Origin: Candidatus Heimdallarchaeum aukensis
Lineage (GTDB): Archaea > Asgardarchaeota > Heimdallarchaeia > Heimdallarchaeales > Heimdallarchaeaceae
Reading direction: 5' to 3'
Length of the DNA stretch: 64,000 nucleotides
Assembly (NCBI GenBank): GCA_021513695.1
Contig: CP084166.1
Span: 1,312,001 to 1,376,000, forward strand
Each line of letters starts with the position of its first letter. Positions within the stretch are counted from its first letter, which is position 1. The notes under the pieces are model-generated. The model worked only from the letters and a program-made list of their open reading frames with translations, ran no database searches and was not told where the DNA came from. Made by a program: the position numbers and the translations under genes. Positions 29,278 to 37,563 of this stretch are shown piece after piece.

Positions 29278-32200
29278 TTAGACCCCAGTTATTGCTTCTG
29301 TTCTTGAGCCAAGAATGATATTTGTAAATACTAGACTAAGTATTTGTAGGAACATTAAGATTACTCCTAAAGCACAGAATATTTGAAACCTTGCATTAAC
29401 TTGATTTGCCATCATCCATGTTAATGTTCCACCAAGTTCTGAAGTGATTAGAAAAACTGTAGTTGAGACTTCAGACAAGCAGTACAAGAACGAAACAAGA
29501 CTTCCTGCGAACACATTAAGAGAAATCATAGGTACAGTTATTTTTGCAAAAGTTTTCATTCTTCCAGCTCCCAGATTAAAGGAAGACTCTTCTAGCACTT
29601 TATCCATCTGTTGTAAACCAGCATATGCTGCTCTAACTGTGAATGGGAATTTTCTAATTGTATATGAGAGTACTAAAAGTACATAAGCGATACCCACAAA
29701 AGGATCAAGGTGCGCTTTTACTACAAATTTATTCATAAACAAGTTAAATGAATTAGGATTGTTAGTGAAAATTGTACCCCAATCAAAAGTTCGATAATAT
29801 CCAAGCGCTAAAACGATTCCAGGTATAGCAATTGGAACAGTAACCAGTGAGTCAAAAGCTGCTTTTCCTTTAAACTCTTTTCTACTCACCACATAAGCTG
29901 CCAATGAGCCTAAAATAACAATTAATATTGTTGCAGCAAAACTGTAAAGTAGAGTATTTCGGACAAAACTTGGAATATTATACTGCGAAGATACAAAGAT
30001 AAGTCTATAATTTTCTAAAGTAAAACTCATGTTTTTTATATTAGATGAACCTAGTGTTTCGCTAATTGACATCATTATTATACCAACATGTACGATTAAA
30101 GAAAGTGCGAATAGGATAACAAGGAATGGATAAATAATCAACAACTTCCATTTTGCTTTACTTAACCTATATTGGCCTGCACGCCCCTTAGAAACCATAG
30201 AATACTGTCTTAGCGAAACATATTTTCGTATAACTAGAAATCCTGCTATAGCAATCACTAACAGAAGACCACCCAAGACACATACTTCTGGAGTTATAAT
30301 GTTAGAACTTGAAAGTTGAAAATCAGAAAAGATGTAGTATGTTAGAAATTGCCTTGCAAAATTATCTCCCATACCAACGAAGATAATTGGTGTTCCTACA
30401 TCTTCCATTGATAATATAAGTACTAAAATAGCTCCTGCACCAATACCAGGAAGAGCTAGAGGTAAAGTCACAGTAAAGAATAATCTAAAACTACCAGCTC
30501 CAAGGTTTTCAGCTTGTTCTTCCATACTTGGGTCAACATTAACAAATGAAGAGAAAGCGTTTAAATAAACTAAAGCATAAAAATGAAAACTTTGTACAAA
30601 GCAAATTGCAACAAAACCTTCAATAATAAATCTTGAATGGAAGACTGGAATAAGGAAGAGGGTATTAAGTAATCCATTAGGGCCTAAGAAATATCTGAAA
30701 CCCATTCCGCTAATAAAGGGTGGAATAATTAAAGGAGCGAGGGCTAAAACACTGAAGAACTTCTTTCCAGGAAATTCGTACCTAGCTAAAATAAAAGCTA
30801 ATGATGTTCCTAATAGAACTGAAATAAGAGTGGTAACAAGGCCAAGAATTAATGTGTTTAGAACAATTCCCCTTGATACACCTACTAGCTTGTAAGTTGT
30901 AATCTCAATATTATCTTGATATTGGTATATTTTTTCAAATTCTGTCATATCATGAGTATCTAGAATTAGTACTCCATCACCCCCATTTGCAACATATACA
31001 AAATCAGTTATTGGGTCATAAAATATATCTTCTACACCAACTATTCCTAAACTATAGGATAAAAGGTGAGATATATTGTACGGATTTGTAACATTATAAG
31101 CTTCTATACTATAAAAGTCTCCAATTTTCGAAGTTATAAATGCTTTATTATTAAAAACGTTGATATTATCTGCACGCCTGTTTTCTCTGTGAACCAAAGT
31201 AATGTTAGAAGGGTCTGAAATATCAAGAACTACGAAACCTGTACTTCCCAGTGACAAATATGCGTAATCATCAATAATTTGTATTTCTTTTGCTCTCAAA
31301 CTTATACCGTCGATCTCTTCCACTCTTGAATATAAAGAAGGATTCGAGGGGTCAGAAATATCAAAAATCATTAACCTTGAATATGAACCAACTAAATAAG
31401 CATAATTATCTTTAATTTTAATATCATCTGAATCTGTCTCTAATGTAGCGTTTCCAATTAGTTCTGGGGCAGATGGATCACTTATATCATAAATTAAGAA
31501 ACCATCATCTTGATAGTCAAGAAAAGCGTAATTATCATGTATAGTAATAAATTCTGTTTTATTGGTGGGTAAAGGAGTTATGGATACAATGTCTGTACCT
31601 TCACCAACATCGCTTACATTGAAAATCATTAATCCCTGTCTTGAATCTGAAGCAAATAGTAGTTCTCCACGTTGTTCAATATCTGTTACAAAACTATTAT
31701 CAAATTTTATTTGGTTGATTTCCTCAACATTATTGTAATCAGTTACATTTAGAACTTCAATCCCTTCAAAACCCTCTGCGGTATAGATATAACCATTTGA
31801 ATAGAGTATAGACTTTGCATAACCTCCAAATTCATAATTCTGGTTTTTTGTAAAAAATGAAGTTGAGGAATCACCTTTAAAATTAAAGAATTTTTCATCA
31901 GAAAAAACACGACCAAAAGCGTAAAAAGTTATTTGACCTGACTCTTCTAAATAAATTGCAACATTTATCAAATATTCTCCTGTTCCTTTATTTGAGTAAA
32001 CAACTATATCCCATGTTACGATACCTGTTTCAGGAAGATCAGGAGATTTAATGACCACGCGTTCATTTTTTGTGTTTGAAGGATAATATTTTGCATTTGG
32101 TATCGAATTTTCTTTTACTTCTGTATTTAAGTTTCCACCTGTACGCCTATCTTGATGATCAATTACAGACAAATCAAAATCTGATCCTTTTGGCGTTTGA

Positions 32201-32514
32201 AGAAAAATGACAATTTTTCCAATTCCCTCTGTTGCATTAATATCAAACGTGTGATAAGGTCCTGTTTGATGAACAGTAGTTATTTCTCCTCTGAAGGCAA
32301 ATGTTTCTGCTGCACTTGGTATATAAACTGCACCAGAAAGTATCAAAAGGAGAGGTATAACCATCCAAATAATAAAGACAATAGAAACAATAGCAATAAT
32401 CACATTAGTTGAAGGGTCTCTTAAAAGCTTTACATAAAGCGTGTCAATAATCTTTCTCTTTCTTTTTAGCTTTTTTCTTTCTGATTTTTTCTTATTTAAA
32501 CTTAAAGTGGCCAT
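29278..32514 (-). CDS. fusion protein: N-terminal TM plus extracellular LVIVD-repeat beta-propeller (about 550 aa) plus two tandem ABC-transporter permease domains (FbpB/iron(III)-type double permease)
   Basis: at least 6 LVIVD-type blades (DNYAYLVGSYSRLMIFDISDPSNPSL, DDYAYLSLGSTGFVVLDISDPSNITL, DFVYVANGGDGVLILD ...); two EAA permease motifs (EEQAENLGAGSFRLFFTVTLPLALPG and LEESSFNLGAGRMKTFAKITVPMISLN). Confidence 0.7.
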   Translation of the reverse strand: MATLSLNKKKSERKKLKRKRKIIDTLYVKLLRDPSTNVIIAIVSIVFIIWMVIPLLLILSGAVYIPSAAETFAFRGEITTVHQTGPYHTFDINATEGIGKIVIFLQTPKGSDFDLSVIDHQDRRTGGNLNTEVKENSIPNAKYYPSNTKNERVVIKSPDLPETGIVTWDIVVYSNKGTGEYLINVAIYLEESGQITFYAFGRVFSDEKFFNFKGDSSTSFFTKNQNYEFGGYAKSILYSNGYIYTAEGFEGIEVLNVTDYNNVEEINQIKFDNSFVTDIEQRGELLFASDSRQGLMIFNVSDVGEGTDIVSITPLPTNKTEFITIHDNYAFLDYQDDGFLIYDISDPSAPELIGNATLETDSDDIKIKDNYAYLVGSYSRLMIFDISDPSNPSLYSRVEEIDGISLRAKEIQIIDDYAYLSLGSTGFVVLDISDPSNITLVHRENRRADNINVFNNKAFITSKIGDFYSIEAYNVTNPYNISHLLSYSLGIVGVEDIFYDPITDFVYVANGGDGVLILDTHDMTEFEKIYQYQDNIEITTYKLVGVSRGIVLNTLILGLVTTLISVLLGTSLAFILARYEFPGKKFFSVLALAPLIIPPFISGMGFRYFLGPNGLLNTLFLIPVFHSRFIIEGFVAICFVQSFHFYALVYLNAFSSFVNVDPSMEEQAENLGAGSFRLFFTVTLPLALPGIGAGAILVLILSMEDVGTPIIFVGMGDNFARQFLTYYIFSDFQLSSSNIITPEVCVLGGLLLVIAIAGFLVIRKYVSLRQYSMVSKGRAGQYRLSKAKWKLLIIYPFLVILFALSLIVHVGIIMMSISETLGSSNIKNMSFTLENYRLIFVSSQYNIPSFVRNTLLYSFAATILIVILGSLAAYVVSRKEFKGKAAFDSLVTVPIAIPGIVLALGYYRTFDWGTIFTNNPNSFNLFMNKFVVKAHLDPFVGIAYVLLVLSYTIRKFPFTVRAAYAGLQQMDKVLEESSFNLGAGRMKTFAKITVPMISLNVFAGSLVSFLYCLSEVSTTVFLITSELGGTLTWMMANQVNARFQIFCALGVILMFLQILSLVFTNIILGSRTEAITGV

Positions 32515-32585
32515 TATGTAGTCTTTTTATTATGTCTTTTAATATTTTTCTCAAAGGAAGAAAAAAGAAATAAAATAGAAAAACT

Positions 32586-34082
32586 CTATCTTCGCTTCCT
32601 TCTTAGTACAATAACAAGAGTTGCAAAACCAATAATTGAGAACAATGTTGATACAGGTGTTTTTGTAGGAGTTTCTGTTGTATTATCTTCTCCTGGAATT
32701 CTACCGATTTCATCAATTATTGCATTATATTTTTGTTTAGCAAAATTCTTCCATTCACTTCTCTTTGCTGAAGCAAAGTTGGGGTCGGTTTGAAATTCAT
32801 CATTCCATTCAATTGATTCGTTTAATGTCATTCCTACCTCAGTCAACTGAGCACTTAGCTCTTCAAATTTTTCTTGTGTAATATTACCGTCTTTTAGCCT
32901 TAAAACCATTGATCCCCAAGCTTCTCTTAGAAGATCATGATTTGCTGTAATTGTTTCATGGAAATAGTAAATTGTTGTATCCAAGTTAGAAACTGCGAGT
33001 TCTTCATCAAAGACAATTCCTTCATTATCTAAAGTTTCATTATACAGTGCGTAAAGAGCTTGACCATTTTCAGTTTGACCAGCATCTGTGTGGAAAGCAG
33101 ATTCTAATACAGGTAACCTATCTAATCCCTCTGTAAACCAAACAGCTTGACCTTCTGGGGATTCTACAAATTTAATAAAAGCTTTTGCAGCTTCATAATC
33201 ATCAACATTAGCACCGAGAGCGATGGGATCACCATTGACAATTGATTGACCTTCTGGAATTATATATTCACAATTGGGATTTTCTCTCATTGCGATAACT
33301 CCATAAAAGTCTATTGTCATAGCAACTCCTACTTCACCATTAATAACAGCTGCACGAGTATCTACAGAACCAGGATAAATACCAGCATTAGCACCCATCT
33401 TGGTTATAATCGCCCATCCTTTTTCCCATCCAAATGCTTGAAGAATAATTTGGTAAATCCTTGTATTAGAAGTTGTTTCAGGTGGATCACCCATGCTTAT
33501 GGCTCGAACATCAGGGGAAACATAGAACTCGGGAGAAGCTAGTTCTTCCCATGTATGAGGAACTGGAAGACCTTTATCACTTAAAAATTGATGATTGACA
33601 GTGAAACCAAAGGAGGAAATTGCGGAAGCAACAAACAAAAGGTTGTTATCTTCATCCCACCACTTCATTGCAGCTCCTGCAATTCTATCAGGAACTGTTT
33701 CATTTAGATAGTTTAGTAAATCAGGGTCATCTATAGGTTTAAGAGCTTTATAATTGGCCATTGTACTAAATAAAGCTGGTCCTCCTCCCCAAGCTACATC
33801 TACACCCTTTGAGGCATCTTTGAGTAGACTTCTCCAACCATCATCAGTACTTACTGATTTAAAATCAATATCACTAATTCCTAGATTTTGAGCTTCTTCA
33901 GTAGCTAAGAATTTCTCCTTAAATTCATTTGTAATAGTTACGTCGTGTCTCGTAACAACTGTAAGAACGATATCGCCTTTCAAATCAGATTGATTATCTC
34001 TTGTTATATCTCCGTTAACTGCTGCAGTTGAGGATACAGCAATTAAAATAACGAGGATAAGAAAATTAATTTCTCTTTTCAT
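32586..34082 (-). CDS. ABC-transporter substrate-binding protein (family-1 type) with signal peptide and C-terminal TM anchor, co-directional upstream of the permease fusion
   Basis: 498 aa; secreted; C-terminus LFSIIGFATLVIVLRRKRR; position in operon. Confidence 0.5.
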   Translation of the reverse strand: MKREINFLILVILIAVSSTAAVNGDITRDNQSDLKGDIVLTVVTRHDVTITNEFKEKFLATEEAQNLGISDIDFKSVSTDDGWRSLLKDASKGVDVAWGGGPALFSTMANYKALKPIDDPDLLNYLNETVPDRIAGAAMKWWDEDNNLLFVASAISSFGFTVNHQFLSDKGLPVPHTWEELASPEFYVSPDVRAISMGDPPETTSNTRIYQIILQAFGWEKGWAIITKMGANAGIYPGSVDTRAAVINGEVGVAMTIDFYGVIAMRENPNCEYIIPEGQSIVNGDPIALGANVDDYEAAKAFIKFVESPEGQAVWFTEGLDRLPVLESAFHTDAGQTENGQALYALYNETLDNEGIVFDEELAVSNLDTTIYYFHETITANHDLLREAWGSMVLRLKDGNITQEKFEELSAQLTEVGMTLNESIEWNDEFQTDPNFASAKRSEWKNFAKQKYNAIIDEIGRIPGEDNTTETPTKTPVSTLFSIIGFATLVIVLRRKRR

Positions 34083-34260
34083 AATAATACCTTCTTTTTT
34101 TTTAGTTATTATAACAATCGACCAAACTCTTTAAATCTTTTTGTTATCTTATGGTGATAATTTAATAATACTTGAAAAATTTAAATTAAAAGAATTTTAT
34201 TTCAAGTAAGTTTTGTATATAGAAAAAAATATTAAATGAGTATATAAAGAAAGTTAAAAG

Positions 34261-35838
34261 ATGATAATAATGAAAAAACAAGTAATTTCACTTATTTCAT
34301 TACTACTAATTTTTAGTATGATTCATTCAAATTACTCTGTTAGTTATACTTCAACTGATAGAGATTTAGAAATAATAAACTCTGAAACTAAAGAAATGCC
34401 TAGTTACAACAAAGTTGTTTTCATAACATGGGATGGTGTTCGAGAAAAATGGTTTGAAGAACTTACAGCTGACAATACCTTGGGAAATGCTAGTAAAGTT
34501 GTTCAATTAGGTCATCTACAAAAAGTAAGGATTACCACCCATATAACTTCAACAGACCCAGGATTGAGTACTATGGAAACTGGATACGGTGACGCTATTC
34601 ATGGAATATCAGCAAATCAATTCGGCCCTGGCTCTCCTAAATTAAGCATCCCTGATGGACTAACAACAACAGAAAGGTTGAAAGCTGCTTTTGGAGATAA
34701 TATTAAAACAGGAATGTTCTTGCCTTGGTCTTTTCACCAAATAAACGAAGAATATATGATGCAAGAAGGAAATTATACCGATACTATTTTTGCAAATATA
34801 AAAATTGGTGTAGATGTAGATTATTGGTTTGCTTCTGAAAATTTAAGTTGGACACCAGATGATAATGAATCTCTTAGAGCAATATATGAGGGATACTCCA
34901 ACGATAATCATGGTTTTCATCCTGATGTAGGTATGTTTTCAGATCCTTTGATTAAAAGCTCGTATCTTGCTGAGCAGATAACCAAATTCTTGGATTTATA
35001 TGCAGATGATTCTTTCTATATAAGAACTCACTTCACAGAACCAGATACAGTTGGACATGGATATTTCGAATCAAAAGATGGAGTCATAACACCAGAATAC
35101 AAAACTGCACTGATACAGTGTGACGAGGCATTAGGAATCATATTAAATAAACTTGAAGAAGAAGGAATTTTAGAAGATACATTAGTTATTGTTGGAACAG
35201 ACCATGGTTTCTATAAAGAGTCTCACGATGGAGAACCTTGGCCTAATGGAAAAATAGCAGTCACTCAACAGGTTTTTGCAATAAGTAAGAATGATGTTAA
35301 GACCAGTCAGGATATTGCAATTGCTCAAATGGACATTGCTCCCACAATACTATCAGTTTTAGGAGTGGATATTTCTACTTTGACTCCTGCGTACACAGGA
35401 GAAGATGAAACAGGAATACCTATCTGGGATAAAATTGATGATGATGCACCTAGATTAATTAAAGTTCAATATCAACTAGAAACACAATACATTCCTAGAG
35501 ATTTCGAAAACGGTTCTAAAATTAATGAACCATTTGATCTATACTTACAAATAAATGAATGGAGTGACATCAAAGCAGTTTCTATGAAAACTGAAGATGA
35601 CAAAATAATCGAACCTTCATCGATATCGAATACTCAAATAATCTGGGAAAAACTAGACAAGAGTGTGCTTGGAGGAGGTTCTCATAGTTTAGTCGTTACA
35701 ATTACAGATGAGTTCGATTTGACTACTCAAATAACTATAAACATTAATGCTGGAGGAGTTAGTTATAGCTGGTTCTATTCAGTTATTGCTTTGTCCCTAG
35801 TTGCTATTCCAATACTTGTAAAGAGATACAAAAAATAA
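34261..35838 (+). CDS. alkaline-phosphatase-superfamily enzyme (type I phosphodiesterase/nucleotide pyrophosphatase or sulfatase-like), secreted, C-terminal TM anchor
   Basis: metal-ligand motifs VFITWDGVREKWF and IVGTDHGF; signal peptide; C-terminus WFYSVIALSLVAIPILVKRYKK. Confidence 0.6.
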   Translation: MIIMKKQVISLISLLLIFSMIHSNYSVSYTSTDRDLEIINSETKEMPSYNKVVFITWDGVREKWFEELTADNTLGNASKVVQLGHLQKVRITTHITSTDPGLSTMETGYGDAIHGISANQFGPGSPKLSIPDGLTTTERLKAAFGDNIKTGMFLPWSFHQINEEYMMQEGNYTDTIFANIKIGVDVDYWFASENLSWTPDDNESLRAIYEGYSNDNHGFHPDVGMFSDPLIKSSYLAEQITKFLDLYADDSFYIRTHFTEPDTVGHGYFESKDGVITPEYKTALIQCDEALGIILNKLEEEGILEDTLVIVGTDHGFYKESHDGEPWPNGKIAVTQQVFAISKNDVKTSQDIAIAQMDIAPTILSVLGVDISTLTPAYTGEDETGIPIWDKIDDDAPRLIKVQYQLETQYIPRDFENGSKINEPFDLYLQINEWSDIKAVSMKTEDDKIIEPSSISNTQIIWEKLDKSVLGGGSHSLVVTITDEFDLTTQITININAGGVSYSWFYSVIALSLVAIPILVKRYKK

Positions 35839-35856
35839 CAAATAATTCTCTTTTTT

Positions 35857-36300
35857 TTAAATTTGTCCCCAAGAAATAAATTTTCCATCTTTTCTCTTAA
35901 CTAAAACAGAGCCAAATTTTCTCCATTGCTCTTCTCTAAATCTAATAATTTGGTAGTCGTCTGGTGTAGTTTTCTTTTTTAGTTGAAGTAGTTCTGAAAG
36001 CGAGAGTTTTTTCTCATAAAAAAGCCGAGTAATATATTTCCCTTCTTTCTCTCCCAGATCCACTTCTTTTGCGATGTTTAACAAATGTAAAACAGGAAGG
36101 TTAGAAAAAAGAGATGAGTGAGAAGAAGTATATACAGAACCTGGACATATAGGTTCATTTTTGTATTCCTCCACGCATTTCTCACAGAAAATTAATTGGC
36201 ATCCGTTACATATTTTCCATTGTTCAAGTACAGCCTCTTTTAGTGGAGATTGGTTTTTACAAAACGCACATTGGACATAATAATCTAAAATATTAGTCAC
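35857..36300 (-). CDS. Zn-ribbon protein, last gene of the SMC operon
   Basis: CAFCKN...CNGCQLIFCEKC; 4-nt overlap with the upstream gene. Confidence 0.45.
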   Translation of the reverse strand: MTNILDYYVQCAFCKNQSPLKEAVLEQWKICNGCQLIFCEKCVEEYKNEPICPGSVYTSSHSSLFSNLPVLHLLNIAKEVDLGEKEGKYITRLFYEKKLSLSELLQLKKKTTPDDYQIIRFREEQWRKFGSVLVKRKDGKFISWGQI

Positions 36301-36875
36301 AGTTTCTCATACTCCTCTTTAATTTTTATTCTTTCATCTTCATCAAACTCAAGGAGAGTTCTATAGTTATAATCTATAAAATTTGATTTTTTTCTAATAT
36401 AACCTTTATATGTAAGAGATCTTATGCTTTCATTTACTAAATACTCCTTGAGATAATCATTAGATGTTAAGAACTCTTTAATTTTTTTAGTCGTTATCTT
36501 TTTCTCTGATTCTCTTAAACCTATTATTACTCCCAAAACAGTTAATTCTGCTTCATTTAATTCTGGAGGAGCAAAATAGTTGGATTTTAGGCATAACCAG
36601 GTTTCAACACCTATTTTGTAATAAACTAATTCTAGCCCCAGAATTGAAATAAAAGCTTGATACTCTTCTAGAATGTGTTCAAGTGTTGCTATGTCGACTC
36701 TGGTTACTATTAATAGATCTTGTTGAGAAACGCCAAAAACTTCAACATTATCTTTAATCCATCGTCTGGTTAATATCGTTGTTAATTCTCTAAAAAGTTC
36801 TTGCCGTTCTTTATCTGTAATTAATGGAGATAATTTTTGTTCTTTATCTGTATTATTGTTTTCCATTTTATTCAT
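36297..36875 (-). CDS. ScpB-sized winged-helix protein (candidate kite subunit)
   Basis: 192 aa; overlaps neighbours by 4-8 nt; size and position downstream of SMC and a ScpA-sized gene; the assignment rests on size and position only. Confidence 0.35.
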   Translation of the reverse strand: MNKMENNNTDKEQKLSPLITDKERQELFRELTTILTRRWIKDNVEVFGVSQQDLLIVTRVDIATLEHILEEYQAFISILGLELVYYKIGVETWLCLKSNYFAPPELNEAELTVLGVIIGLRESEKKITTKKIKEFLTSNDYLKEYLVNESIRSLTYKGYIRKKSNFIDYNYRTLLEFDEDERIKIKEEYEKL

Positions 36876-37563
36876 CTTCTTCTTTTTTTGATGATAAAAG
36901 GAGTGAACTTGACATCACAGCTCCCTCTTCAGATGAGGGTTTACAAAAACATATCTTATCTCCATCAGAGACAGCAATTAGTTTCTTTTCAGATGTCATC
37001 TTTGAAAGCACTTCCAATTCTATGGAACTCAATAACTTTTCGAGTTCACTTTTTCTCATTTCTTTATTCAACAATTTTTCTTCTACTTGTTTTTCTAAAC
37101 TCATAAGATCACCATAAGTTAATATTTCAGACTCAAGCTTTTTGTCTCGTCTTATATCCCAGAAATCGTATTTTTCATCAATTTTGGGTTTAATTGTCAG
37201 TTTTTCTGGTTTCTCAAGTTGAAATATAGAATAGGGGGATGTCTTTTTTCCTATTACAGAAATTAAAGGAGTGGCATTTTTTCTTACAAAATTAGAAAAA
37301 GACTTTATCCTACTTTTACTTTTCAGAATGTTTTCTAAATTAAGTTCTTCTCTAAGTTCATGCATTAAAATATAGTCTTCATAAACCTCTGCATCCAATA
37401 TTTTTTCTCTGTTTTGCATTAGATATTGATAAATGTCAGAAGTTTGTTCTCTATCCTTTTCTGACTCTTCAACAGATAATGAAATCTTCTTTTTTAATAA
37501 TTTCTTGTATTTTTTTTCAATTTCAAAAAGTGTAAGCAAGAGAACATCATAGTCTTCTTCCAT
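36868..37563 (-). CDS. ScpA-sized protein (candidate kleisin subunit)
   Basis: 231 aa; start overlaps the SMC stop by 1 nt; acidic C-terminus. Confidence 0.35.
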   Translation of the reverse strand: MEEDYDVLLLTLFEIEKKYKKLLKKKISLSVEESEKDREQTSDIYQYLMQNREKILDAEVYEDYILMHELREELNLENILKSKSRIKSFSNFVRKNATPLISVIGKKTSPYSIFQLEKPEKLTIKPKIDEKYDFWDIRRDKKLESEILTYGDLMSLEKQVEEKLLNKEMRKSELEKLLSSIELEVLSKMTSEKKLIAVSDGDKICFCKPSSEEGAVMSSSLLLSSKKEEDE

